The notes beneath the pieces were generated by a model. The model was not told where the DNA came from and did no database searches. It saw only the letters and a program-made list of their open reading frames with translations. The position numbers were made by a program, and so were the translations under genes. This document shows, in pieces, positions 49,139 through 58,995 of a stretch of DNA of 64,000 nt. Each line of letters starts with the position of its first letter. The stretch's first letter is position 1. The stretch is from Thermoleophilia bacterium (GTDB lineage Bacteria > Actinomycetota > Thermoleophilia > BMS3ABIN01): the NCBI GenBank assembly GCA_020053595.1, contig JAGVMV010000046.1:197-64196 (forward strand), read 5' to 3'.

Positions 49139-50737
49139 CTAGTAGTAACCGCTTTGTTCGTAGTATGCATAGCCGCTGTTATAAGAACCGTTGGCTCCAG
49201 AGTTGTTGATCACCATTCCCAGAACGTTACATGGCACTCTCTCGATGAAATTTTGGAGGTCGGCGATGGATTTCTTGGAAGTCTGCGCCAATCGCATCAC
49301 CATTACCACCCCATCAACCTTCGACGCCATGCTGGCCGCGTCTCCCACCACGCCCAGCGGTGGTGCGTCGACGAGCACAATGTCAGCATGCCCCCTGGCC
49401 TCGGATATGAGTGATGCCATCTTTTCCGAGGCCGCCAGCTCCCCGGGATTGGGAGGCACCGGTCCGGAAGTGACTATGTATATCGGCTTGATGCCATTCG
49501 TGCTCGGCAAGGGAATGCCGTAAGCAGCAGCGTCATCCATCTCGGGTGATCCGCCGGAGGCGATAGTCAGGTCGTCAGCTTCTATCATCTGCAGGGCTTC
49601 CCTAAAACTGCAGTCGCCGGCGATGACATTAGTCACGCCTACAGTGTTGCTCAGATCCATGTACTGGGACAGCTTTGGCCGTCTCAGGTCGCCTTCGATG
49701 ACGATGACACGCTGGCCGGAGCGGGCCATGGTCACAGCCAGGTTGGCGATGATAGTCGATTTGCCATCGCCTGGCTCAGGGCTGGTTACCATGATGGACT
49801 TGATCTCCTTGTCGGGCTCCACGTAACCCAGGTTCGTCTTCAGCAGGCGGAAAGCTTCGGAGTAGGAGCCGGAAGGATGGGATAGCGTTATCAGCGAGCC
49901 TTTGAGGTTAACGGGCCCCGGCACCGATGCCAGGATGGGACGGTCGATGCGGCGGGTAATCTCGTCGGTGTGGCGGATCCTCGTATCCAGCCGTTCCACC
50001 ACGAAGACGGAGCCTACTCCCAAAATGAGGCTCGCCACGAAAGCCACCAGGCCTGTGCGCACGGGCTTGGGGGAAACAGGGCTGACCGCTGGAATCGCAG
50101 GTTTGATCACTTCCAGGTTGTTGGTCTGCATGTTCTCAAACATCTTCAGCGTTTCCAGTTTGTCGGTCATCGATTTATAGCTTGGTGTATCCTGTTGTTC
50201 CACCGGGGTCGCCTTGAGCTGCAGTTCGATCGATCCGCGGGCCTGGGCGAGGATGTCATGGTCTACCTGCTGTCGCCACTTGACATATTCCGTAGTGAAG
50301 GCGTTGGCTACGTCGGAAGCGACCTGCGGGTTGGGGTCTGTCGCTGAAATCTCCAAGATGTCGGTCTGTTTCACCGCATTCACAGCGACGAGCAAGACAG
50401 GGTTGCGACCGCCCAGTTCGTCGCCCAAGTGGTTGGTGACCGCGCTCACCACTTCGGGTGACTTGACCATCTTCGCCGCAGTCTGGAGGTCGCGGTCCGG
50501 CGAGGAGCTGGAAGCACCGAAAAGGTCTGAGCCGAGGAGAACCCGGTCCACGCCGGAACGTCGCTGGAGCAGCTCGGTGGAAGACTGGTAAAGGGGGGTG
50601 GAGAACATCAGTGTCGCACCTACGGCCACTGATGTGATCACCACGATGGACAGGATGACGATCCATTTGTGTCGCCAGATGACGCTGAGATGTTCACGCA
50701 ACTCCGACACTCTGGCCTTGGCGGGGGGTTCTATCAC
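49139..50737 (-). CDS. Wzc-like polysaccharide co-polymerase/BY-kinase fusion
   Basis: Wzz N-terminal TM, second TM, Walker A PGDGKS, DLRRP, VDAPP, Tyr-rich tail. Confidence 0.92.
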   Translation of the reverse strand: MIEPPAKARVSELREHLSVIWRHKWIVILSIVVITSVAVGATLMFSTPLYQSSTELLQRRSGVDRVLLGSDLFGASSSSPDRDLQTAAKMVKSPEVVSAVTNHLGDELGGRNPVLLVAVNAVKQTDILEISATDPNPQVASDVANAFTTEYVKWRQQVDHDILAQARGSIELQLKATPVEQQDTPSYKSMTDKLETLKMFENMQTNNLEVIKPAIPAVSPVSPKPVRTGLVAFVASLILGVGSVFVVERLDTRIRHTDEITRRIDRPILASVPGPVNLKGSLITLSHPSGSYSEAFRLLKTNLGYVEPDKEIKSIMVTSPEPGDGKSTIIANLAVTMARSGQRVIVIEGDLRRPKLSQYMDLSNTVGVTNVIAGDCSFREALQMIEADDLTIASGGSPEMDDAAAYGIPLPSTNGIKPIYIVTSGPVPPNPGELAASEKMASLISEARGHADIVLVDAPPLGVVGDAASMASKVDGVVMVMRLAQTSKKSIADLQNFIERVPCNVLGMVINNSGANGSYNSGYAYYEQSGYY

Positions 50738-50811
50738 GCGTTTGCCCTCCCTATGTTAGCGTTGATGCAGGGAATCTTGCCAACCGAAATTATATATAAT
50801 ATGTTCAAGCC

Positions 50812-52503
50812 TTGCAAAACCCGTCACCCCAAAAGCCTTCTGCTCCCAAGGCGGGAGTTTCGCGTCAACCGGCGGACCGATCAGCACGGTGGCCCGGCAG
50901 GCTGACGGCGCTCACGACGCCCAGTGCGGCGCTGTCATGGGCTGCCGCGATCATGATGGCGCTTGAGGGGGCGGCAGTCTTCTTTAATGGCGCTTACTTC
51001 CTTGGCCCCATGACCCTTTGCGTGGTCGTGGTTTGGACACTGCTGGCCGTTCTCGCTTTCACGAGCCGTAACGCTGTCCTGCCTCCGACGCGAACCACAT
51101 GGATGACGGTATCCCTGCTGGCTGCCCTTTGGCTGTGGACTGCTGTCTCCCTCACCTGGTCGATCGCCGGCGACCTCACTTGGATCGATTTCAATCGCAC
51201 CGGCGCTTTCCTGGCCATCTTTATGGTCGGCGCCAGCGTCGGCCATGACTCACGGGCTCGCATCCTCGGAGCCTGGCTCTTTTTTGCTGCCGTGTCGGTC
51301 GCCGCTATCTACTCGCTTGGCGTGAAAGTCCTGCCCTCGGTCGTTGATAACCTGAATGATCTTGCCAGGACCTCGGTTCCCATCGGATATACTAATGCAC
51401 AGGGGCTGCTAGTGGCTCTCGCTTTTCCGCTGTCGCTTTTCTTCTCCGCCGCAACAAAATATCATTGGACACTTAGACTAATTTCTACGCTGATGGCGCC
51501 TATCCTGTTGGTGGCGTTGTTTTTTACTGTTTCCCGTGGAGCCACTTTTGCAATCCTGTTAGGGGTAATAATTTTTTTTATGGCGGCTCCGGTGCGTCTC
51601 CGCAGCTTTGGTCTTTTGCTGCTGGCATTGGTGCCAGCAGCTCTTATCGGATGGTGGAGTAACGGGCAGGACGCTCTGATGATGGATAAGGCAGACATGG
51701 TCGGGCGGGTAGCCGCCGCCTTGACCCTACGGTTGTATCTCCTGGCCGCTGTGGCCGTGAGCGGCGTGGTTTTTATGGTTTCGTTGCTGGTGGGGAGAAA
51801 GGTGAGGTTTCCGGCGCGTTTCACCCGCGCGTTCGGGGTGGCAATGCTGGTGGCTGTGCTCGTATCGCTCACAGTGTCAACGGCGTTCTTTGTTAGCTCA
51901 AAGCCGTCTTTCAGCGGTTGGGTGCAGGATACCTACCACGACTTTACCCAAGTGCGGTCAGCACCGGCCGGAGCGGCGCGGCTGCTGAGCGTGAACTCCT
52001 CTGTACGCTGGCGGTTGTGGCAGGAGGCCATCTCCAACTGGCAGCAACACCGGCTACTGGGAACCGGTGCCGAGAGTTTCCCGCTGGTGCATCTCATGGA
52101 GCGGGAAAGTGACATGCCCTTTGTGAAGCAAACCCACGGTTTGCCATTCCAGTTTCTCACCGAGCTGGGACTGGTCGGTTTCATTCTGGCGGGGCTCTTT
52201 ATATTCACCACTCTGGGTCTGGCTGTCTCACTCCTGTTTAGGATTGAAGACCGGTGGCACCGCGGACTTGCGGGGGCATTGCTGTCGGTGGTGGTAATCT
52301 ATCTGGTACACACCACATATGACTGGGACTGGAACATTTTCGCGCTCACCATGGCTTACATGTTCTTCATCGGTGTACTGGTAGGATGGTCGGCCACATT
52401 GCCGTGGCGCCGGGTACGGAAAGGCGGGGATGTTGCTCTCAGTAAACCAGTTTCCGGGCTGGAAGGGGAAGGGACCACCGGCAAAGAGGCGGTCACGGTG
52501 TAA
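50812..52503 (+). CDS. O-antigen ligase (WaaL/PglL-like) family membrane protein
   Basis: PIGYTNA, TVSRGA, RWRLWQEA, GTGAESF, H...ELGLVG, HTTYDW. Start uncertain. Confidence 0.85.
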   Translation: MQNPSPQKPSAPKAGVSRQPADRSARWPGRLTALTTPSAALSWAAAIMMALEGAAVFFNGAYFLGPMTLCVVVVWTLLAVLAFTSRNAVLPPTRTTWMTVSLLAALWLWTAVSLTWSIAGDLTWIDFNRTGAFLAIFMVGASVGHDSRARILGAWLFFAAVSVAAIYSLGVKVLPSVVDNLNDLARTSVPIGYTNAQGLLVALAFPLSLFFSAATKYHWTLRLISTLMAPILLVALFFTVSRGATFAILLGVIIFFMAAPVRLRSFGLLLLALVPAALIGWWSNGQDALMMDKADMVGRVAAALTLRLYLLAAVAVSGVVFMVSLLVGRKVRFPARFTRAFGVAMLVAVLVSLTVSTAFFVSSKPSFSGWVQDTYHDFTQVRSAPAGAARLLSVNSSVRWRLWQEAISNWQQHRLLGTGAESFPLVHLMERESDMPFVKQTHGLPFQFLTELGLVGFILAGLFIFTTLGLAVSLLFRIEDRWHRGLAGALLSVVVIYLVHTTYDWDWNIFALTMAYMFFIGVLVGWSATLPWRRVRKGGDVALSKPVSGLEGEGTTGKEAVTV

Positions 52504-52656
52504 TTTCCCTTGCAAACATTTATCTGGTCAGGCGTGCACTGCTGCAGCAAGGGTGAAGTGCGCTTAAATATGCAAACTAACTCCAACCCGATTTTTTATG
52601 GTCTCTCATTGCAAAAGATAGAATCAGAGGATAATCTTGTATCAAGTTGATTATTT

Positions 52657-53330
52657 TTACGATCATCCTATTCACTCAGGTTCCGTCCGAACCGGCTGGT
52701 ATCTTCTGTTATGTAGATAAATCTAAAAACAGGGGGTGCGGTCATGAAAGGCCCTAAAACACTGATGGAGTTTATGGATATGTTTAAAACCGAGGACTGC
52801 CACAGAACGCTCTTTGAGCACCGCTGGCCGGAGGACTTTTGCTGCCCCCGCTGTGGTCACGATCGGGCCTACCCGCTCAAAAACCGCCCGCTGTTTGAGT
52901 GCGCCGCCTGCGGGCACCAGGCCTCGCTTACGGCCGGCACGATCCTTGAGGGTGCCAGAGTTGGATCTGAGGAAGTGGCTCCTTGCCATCTACCTGATGG
53001 CCGCCACCAAGAAGCCCCTCCTGCCGCCGAGCTGGCCCGGCTTCGGATACGACCATGCGCCCATGGTTCAAGGGGATCCGGAAAACGCGGCCGAGCTGCT
53101 TCCCTGGGTGCACACTGTTATCTCCAACTTCAAACGCTGGGTTTTGGATGTCTTTCATGGCGTTAGCCCCAAGCATCTGCAATCCTATCTGGACGAGTTC
53201 TGTTACCGTTTAAACCGGCGTAACCAGCGCACGGATCTCTTTCGCCGTATCCTGAACCGCTGCGTGCGCTACACCGACCCGGTAACCTATGCTTGGCTGA
53301 CTGCTTCCTGAGTGAATAGGATGGTCGTAA
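52657..53330 (+). mobile_element. Internally deleted IS1595-family element with 24-bp terminal inverted repeats
   Basis: IRL 52657-52680 ttacgatcatcctattcactcagg and IRR 53307-53330 cctgagtgaataggatggtcgtaa match at 23/24. Confidence 0.88.
52744..53311 (+). pseudogene. IS1595 transposase remnant (frameshifted, DDE core largely deleted)
   Basis: Zn ribbon CPRC...CAAC...SLTAGT in one frame; LRKWLLAIY and FHGVSPKHLQSYLDEFCYRLNRR in another. Confidence 0.85.
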
Positions 53331-53375
53331 TACATTTATTGATGGACCGGGAATGATGACATTTTAGAAAAAACC

Positions 53376-55355
53376 ATGTTTTCACTAAAACAACTCATAA
53401 TACGTCCGCTAGCGCTTTTTGTAGATGCCTGCATCGTCATCAATGCATACACACTTGCCTCCCTGGTTCTTTTCGCCCAGTCGGCTCCACTTCAATATTA
53501 TGACGAGCTACTCATCTTTCTTCCAATCGCAGTAGCAGTTCATTGTACCGTTAACCTGAAGATGGGCTTATATCGCGGCGTAGGGCGTTATGCCGGCCTC
53601 ACCCAGGGCCTTAAAACCATTAAAGCTGTAGCGGTATCTGTTATTCTGCTTGTTTTTATTGGTCTTCTTTCAATGCGATCTTCGACAAAGCACGTTCTGG
53701 CCATGGTGCCAATCGGCGGACTAATCGCTTTTATTCTCATGACAGTAGTTCGCTTCTATCCACGTGTTTTTTACGAACGCTCTTTAAAAGAGGTGGCAAC
53801 GGCAAGAAACCTGCTTGTAGTCGGGGCTGGGTCGGCCGGAGAGGGGATAATTCATAGTATTCATAAAGAGCCCAGCCTCGCCATACAAGTGGTTGCCCTT
53901 GTCGACGACGATCCTCATCTAAAGGGTCTTGAAATCCACGGTGTGCCCATCTACAGTCCAACAGAAAAGATTCCAGAGATCGTCGAAACCAAAGACATCG
54001 ACGAGATCCTCATTGCAATTCCCAGCGCCACCTTGGAGGAATTTCAGCGAATTTGGCAGATTTGTTCCCGCACAGGAAAACCGACCAAGACACTCAGGCC
54101 CCTACAGAGCATGCACCTTGGCAAAGTTGGCATAGAGAGCATCAGGGAGATAGACATCGAGGATGTCCTTGGACGGCAACCAGTCATGTCCAATTATGCC
54201 CAGATTAGTGGCTTCATCGGTAATCGTGTAGTCCTGGTTACCGGCGCCGGTGGCTCCATCGGCTCGGAACTGGTACTGCAGATCAGCCATCATAATCCGG
54301 CACGGATAGTTCTGGTAGATCATGACGAATCCGCTCTCTACCGTATACACGAGAAACTCAGCCAGCACTATTTCCAGAAACATATACTTTGTGTCGCGGA
54401 CATCAAGTCAGAGAGCAAGATGGAATATCTTTTCCGGCAACATCGTCCCGACCTCGTTTTTCACGCAGCCGCCTACAAGCACGTACCGCTTATGGAGCTA
54501 CAGCCAGATGAGGCCGTGCTCAATAATGTTCATGGAACCTGGAACGTGGCCCGTATCGCCGGTGAGCACGATGTTGATTGCTTTGTGAATATCTCCACGG
54601 ACAAGGCGGTGGAACCGGTGAATGTTCTCGGCGCCACCAAGCTATTGGGTGAACGCGTTGTCAATGAACTGGGCAATGTATACCCGGAGACCAAATATTG
54701 TTCCGTTCGCTTCGGAAATGTGCTGGGCAGCCGCGGCAGTGTCATCCCAATTTTCCAGGAGCAGATACATTCGGGAGGGCCGGTAACGATCACGCATCCT
54801 GAAATGACACGATATTTCATGTTGATTTCCGAGGCTGTGGACCTTGTCCTTCAGGCGGCAGCGTTCAAGAACGGCAACGCGCTCTATGTTCTCGAGATGG
54901 GCAAGCCGGTGCGCATAGTCGACCTGGCTGAGCAGATGATCAGTCTGATGGTGCCAGGTGAGGATATCGATGTCGTCTTCACTGGTCTGCGACCCGGAGA
55001 GAAACTTCACGAGCAACTTATCGACAAGCATGAATCTCGAACTTCAACTGATCATTCCATGATTTATCAGGTTAGCGCCATGGATCAGCAGCCATCGATA
55101 CTCGCCGTCTTGCCAGACCTATTCTATAAGGCAAAATCTCACGACGACGGCGCCATCAAAGTTCTTCTGGAAAAGTGGATTCCTTCATATTCTCCTTTTG
55201 ATATGCGCCTGGTGGGCTCAATCAATACAGGAGATCAGAAAGTCGCTGACGGTGCAGTTCCGGCTTCTTCCGTAGTCGGGACCATCTGGTATCGTTGGAA
55301 TGATGGTGAGAAAAGCCGCCTTTACAATGACCGCCCAGGTACCGAATCTGGGTAA
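53376..55355 (+). CDS. CapD/PglF/WbpM-type membrane UDP-GlcNAc 4,6-dehydratase
   Basis: Four N-terminal TMs, GAGSAG, TGAGGSIGSE, HAAAYKHVP, STDKAV, RFGNVLGSRGS, GLRPGEKL. Confidence 0.95.
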   Translation: MFSLKQLIIRPLALFVDACIVINAYTLASLVLFAQSAPLQYYDELLIFLPIAVAVHCTVNLKMGLYRGVGRYAGLTQGLKTIKAVAVSVILLVFIGLLSMRSSTKHVLAMVPIGGLIAFILMTVVRFYPRVFYERSLKEVATARNLLVVGAGSAGEGIIHSIHKEPSLAIQVVALVDDDPHLKGLEIHGVPIYSPTEKIPEIVETKDIDEILIAIPSATLEEFQRIWQICSRTGKPTKTLRPLQSMHLGKVGIESIREIDIEDVLGRQPVMSNYAQISGFIGNRVVLVTGAGGSIGSELVLQISHHNPARIVLVDHDESALYRIHEKLSQHYFQKHILCVADIKSESKMEYLFRQHRPDLVFHAAAYKHVPLMELQPDEAVLNNVHGTWNVARIAGEHDVDCFVNISTDKAVEPVNVLGATKLLGERVVNELGNVYPETKYCSVRFGNVLGSRGSVIPIFQEQIHSGGPVTITHPEMTRYFMLISEAVDLVLQAAAFKNGNALYVLEMGKPVRIVDLAEQMISLMVPGEDIDVVFTGLRPGEKLHEQLIDKHESRTSTDHSMIYQVSAMDQQPSILAVLPDLFYKAKSHDDGAIKVLLEKWIPSYSPFDMRLVGSINTGDQKVADGAVPASSVVGTIWYRWNDGEKSRLYNDRPGTESG

Positions 55356-55360
55356 CTGGG

Positions 55361-55801
55361 TTACTCCACAGGAATTCCTGCTTCCTTCCTCAAGTATTTA
55401 TCGTGGGGATTCAGGCTGACAGCTTTTTCAAAATGCTCCCGCGCTTTTTCCGGTTCATGCCAGCGGTCGCGTTCATAGAGAGCTAGCTGCTCCCATGTAA
55501 CATAATTGAATGGCTGTAATTCGGTAGCCTTCGTCAGTGTGGCGCGGGCCTCCACAACGCGGCCGATACGCTGCTGGTTACCTGCGAGAACGAACAGCGC
55601 CTGGATCGAAAATGGATTATAAAAGACAGCTGATTCCGCGGTGTGCAAAGCCTCTACCTGGTATCCATTCTCAGCCTGTACAAGAGATTTATTCTGCAGA
55701 AAGCTGCTATACCAGGGCATGATAGCCAGCAACATGGCTGCAATCGACACCGCGACGATTGAATATAATACTATCGATTCCACCAAACCACGTTTGTTCA
55801 T
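55361..55801 (-). CDS. Membrane-anchored TPR protein
   Basis: N-terminal TM; A...NP and A...QP TPR signatures. Confidence 0.75.
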   Translation of the reverse strand: MNKRGLVESIVLYSIVAVSIAAMLLAIMPWYSSFLQNKSLVQAENGYQVEALHTAESAVFYNPFSIQALFVLAGNQQRIGRVVEARATLTKATELQPFNYVTWEQLALYERDRWHEPEKAREHFEKAVSLNPHDKYLRKEAGIPVE

Positions 55802-56108
55802 ATATTGATCGCCTCTGCGATTAACATTATCGATTCAAACTTTAACTACAGCCATGCTCGATTTCAATAATGATTACATACTATTCTTACCAAAATGGTT
55901 TTGTTTCAATGGCCATGGTTACGGGTTAGTTTTTTATATGATAGGGAAGGATATACAAGGTGCCTGTAGAAATCTAGAAAAGCATATTTAGTGTAAATGT
56001 ACGTGGATGTCTAAAGTGTTGGACAAGGGAGGCCGTATAGGGGTATAGTTCACCAAGTTTTGTATTCTTGCCAAGTGTAAGATAAATACATTAGAAGGAG
56101 GTGATTGT

Positions 56109-56555
56109 ATGAAGATTACTATACTTGTTGTTCTATGCCTGGTGGCAATGATGGCTTTGGCGGGGACGGCGTTCGCCGCATGGCCGACAGGAGCTGAGGG
56201 CGATCAATACAACGCTGTGAATACTGCAATGACTAGCGCAGTAGCAGGAGTTGGTATTTCGCCGGAAACCTTCATCGGCATTTATAACGGAGCTATTGCC
56301 GGGGATGTATCCGGATATACGGACGCACAGCTTGCTGCTGCCTGTACGGTGTTAGGTGAGCTGTCGGCATATCAGGATGTACTTTCAGACTACAGCACCG
56401 TTTACAATAGCCTGAGCTGCAGCACGCGGGTTCAGACGGCAGGGCCGACTCGAGGGGCTCTACCAAGCACTGGTATCGCTATTGCACTGTTGATCGGTTC
56501 TGGTATTGTCGGGATCGGTGGAGCTTCGCAGCTTTTGAAGAAGCGGAGTCGCTGA
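56109..56555 (+). CDS. Small secreted protein with LPXTG sortase sorting signal
   Basis: AAGGAGG RBS, AFA signal peptide, LPSTG (56460-56474), hydrophobic stretch and KKRSR tail. Confidence 0.85.
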   Translation: MKITILVVLCLVAMMALAGTAFAAWPTGAEGDQYNAVNTAMTSAVAGVGISPETFIGIYNGAIAGDVSGYTDAQLAAACTVLGELSAYQDVLSDYSTVYNSLSCSTRVQTAGPTRGALPSTGIAIALLIGSGIVGIGGASQLLKKRSR

Positions 56556-56598
56556 TCAATCGCAATTAACACGCCGCCAGCAAAAAGGCGTGAGATGG

Positions 56599-56638
56599 AA
56601 ATAATAGGGACCTGGCGTACACCAGGTCCCTATTATTT
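56599..56638. terminator. Bidirectional terminator-like hairpin
   Basis: aaataatagggacctgg-cgtaca-ccaggtccctattattt: a perfect 17-bp stem between convergent genes. Confidence 0.85.
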
Positions 56639-56655
56639 ATTGCTTAACCGAGAAA

Positions 56656-57069
56656 TCAGGTGGTAATACTTCCCATTCCACCCATCCCACGACTCCTCGT
56701 ATTAGTCGTATTCTGGTTCTCATTACTGGAGCCCTGGCTTTGCGCCATAGCGTCCTGGCATGCCTTCTGCCTCTCTTCCGGGCTGAGGTTCTGCATGGAT
56801 TCGTGCCTCGCCTGCATATCCTCACCATTCATCATCGAGCCATTGCCCATGGCGCCCATGCCGGATCCCATGGCTTGGCCCGTCGTAGGGCAAACGCCGC
56901 TCCCATCACCCGTGGTGACCGGAGGTGTCGGATTCGTAGCGCCTGGCGTAGCCAGCGTCTGCATCATCCTGTGAGAATATCCCGTTGTGCCGTCCTGTGC
57001 CAGTACTACCGTTGCGCCGACGAGCAGCATCGCGATTGCGAGAACAGCTATCAGTGTGATTCTTCGCAT
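56656..57069 (-). CDS. Secreted Met/Gly-rich hypothetical protein
   Basis: GGAGG RBS, signal peptide ending VLA, MGSGMGAMGNGSMM tracts. Confidence 0.75.
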   Translation of the reverse strand: MRRITLIAVLAIAMLLVGATVVLAQDGTTGYSHRMMQTLATPGATNPTPPVTTGDGSGVCPTTGQAMGSGMGAMGNGSMMNGEDMQARHESMQNLSPEERQKACQDAMAQSQGSSNENQNTTNTRSRGMGGMGSITT

Positions 57070-57104
57070 TATCTTCACCTCCTTCGTGATTGCCTTTCCT
57101 GAAC

Positions 57105-57158
57105 ATTATCCACGGGTAAGGTGAAGGAAGGATGAAACGTTTGTTAAGAAACTATTAA
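57105..57158 (-). promoter_or_regulatory. OmpR/PhoB-type direct-repeat operator plus -10 box
   Basis: TTAAT, TTAAC, TTCAT and TTCAC at exact 11-bp period, then GATAAT 10 bp downstream. Confidence 0.6.
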
Positions 57159-58264
57159 GGCGCCATGGGTAATCGCAGAAAAAAACTTGTTCCCCGGCCG
57201 GGCTCACTTTCCACCTCAATGCTGCCCGCCAGCGCCTGAACGTAATGTTTGGCGATCGTCAAGCCAATGCCAGTGCCACCGCGATCTCGGGAACGGGACT
57301 TATCCGCGCGGTAGAATCTCTCGAATATGTGGGGAAGATCTTCAGCAGAGATGCCATGACCCGTATCTGTAACGGTCATCATGACCCTGTCGACGTCTCT
57401 GGTCGCCTTCAGGGATACGCTACCGCCGGCTTCCGTATAACTAAGCCCATTGTCCAGCAAGTTCACGAGTATCTGCTCCAGCTTGTCTTCATCGGCCATC
57501 AAGGCGGGAATCTCTGCTTCTACATCAAGCTTAAGCTCAATTCCCTTCTCCCGGAACTGGGGCTGCAGCTTGTTTACAACGCGGTTTACCAGGTCGGCCG
57601 TCTCAAGTCTGATAATGTCCAGCTCCTCCTGGCCGGCTTCAGCCCGTGAAAGCCGCTGCAAATCATCGACGAGTCGGGTTAACCTGGCAGCTTCACGGTG
57701 AACGAGTTTGTAGGTCTCCGGACTGGCAGGCACTACACCATCCACCAGCCCTTCCATGTAACCGGAAATGCTGGTAAGGGGAGTCCTCAGCTCATGCGCA
57801 ATATTGGCCATGAGTTCACGCCTCAACCGCTGTGCTTCACCCAGGCTGCCGGCCATGCGGTTGAAACTCTCGGCCAGGCTGCCAATCTCATCTTTCGATT
57901 TGACGTCGACCCGTTGGCTGTAATCGCCTTTAGCAATATGGCCGGTCACTTGGGCCAGTTCGTGGATGGGTCTGGTAATGCGGCGCGATATTACCAGGCT
58001 GAGAACTACGGCGACCGCAACTGCCCCGGCGCCGCCCCAGATAAGCGAGTCGTTAAGCGCTTGGCGAAAAGCATCATTCAGTGCGGCGGTCATATTTCTC
58101 GACATCATTGCCCCCATGCTTCCTTCCTCCATACTGTGCATGCGTGATCCGTAAAGGCTGATGGTTAACTGTCTGGTGACTGCTATCACGACTCCCAGGC
58201 AGACTGCAGCCACGGTTAAATAGGTAAGAAGCAGTTTCCATTTGAGCTGCATCATCGATTTCAT
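57155..58264 (-). CDS. HAMP sensor histidine kinase (BaeS/CopS-like)
   Basis: AHELRTPL, NLLDN, DTGHG, FERFYR, GTGIGL; Met-rich extracellular loop. Confidence 0.95.
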   Translation of the reverse strand: MKSMMQLKWKLLLTYLTVAAVCLGVVIAVTRQLTISLYGSRMHSMEEGSMGAMMSRNMTAALNDAFRQALNDSLIWGGAGAVAVAVVLSLVISRRITRPIHELAQVTGHIAKGDYSQRVDVKSKDEIGSLAESFNRMAGSLGEAQRLRRELMANIAHELRTPLTSISGYMEGLVDGVVPASPETYKLVHREAARLTRLVDDLQRLSRAEAGQEELDIIRLETADLVNRVVNKLQPQFREKGIELKLDVEAEIPALMADEDKLEQILVNLLDNGLSYTEAGGSVSLKATRDVDRVMMTVTDTGHGISAEDLPHIFERFYRADKSRSRDRGGTGIGLTIAKHYVQALAGSIEVESEPGRGTSFFLRLPMAP

Positions 58265-58962
58265 TTTTCACCCGTTTCCAGTTTATAGCCAACACCGCGA
58301 ACCGTCTGGATATATTCCGGCCGGGCGGGATCATCCTCGATCTTTTTTCGCAGCTTGGCTACATGGACGTCGACCACCCGGGGGTCACCGTAATAATTAT
58401 CGCCCCAAACCTGTTCAAGCAGCTTCTCCCGGGTGAAAACCATTCCCGGCCGGGCGGCCAGGTGGCTGAGAATCTGGAACTCGCGCACTGTCAGGTCCAG
58501 TGGGCAACCGTCTATCGTAACCGAGTGGCGATTCTCATCGATCTCTATTAAACCCGCCCGCAGAAAAGACTTGCCCTGTCCTGATTCGGAACGCTGTCCC
58601 CGGCGTAGTATTGCCTTCACCCTTGCAACAAGCTCCCTGGGACTGAACGGCTTGGTCAGGTAATCGTCAGCACCCAACCCCAGGCCCAATAGCTTGTCGC
58701 CCTCTTCAGTGCGAGCTGTGAGCATTAAAATGTACGGATCACTTTCGGAGCGCAGGATGCGGCAGACTTCGAGCCCATCTACTTCCGGGATCATCAAATC
58801 CAGAACAACCAGATCCGGTTTTTCAGTACGCGCCAGTTTGAGAGCCGCCGCACCGTCAGCCGCTTCGATAACCTGAAAGCCCTCGCGATCCAGATAGGAT
58901 GCGACCAGCTTCCTGACACTCCGTTCATCATCAACGACCAGGATCTTCCTGCCAGCATTCAT
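58261..58962 (-). CDS. OmpR-family response regulator
   Basis: LDLMIP, DDYLTKPF, VDVHV, TVRGVGY. Confidence 0.96.
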   Translation of the reverse strand: MNAGRKILVVDDERSVRKLVASYLDREGFQVIEAADGAAALKLARTEKPDLVVLDLMIPEVDGLEVCRILRSESDPYILMLTARTEEGDKLLGLGLGADDYLTKPFSPRELVARVKAILRRGQRSESGQGKSFLRAGLIEIDENRHSVTIDGCPLDLTVREFQILSHLAARPGMVFTREKLLEQVWGDNYYGDPRVVDVHVAKLRKKIEDDPARPEYIQTVRGVGYKLETGEK

Positions 58963-58995
58963 TGAGTTAGTACGGATTTCAATTTACGCCGGAGA

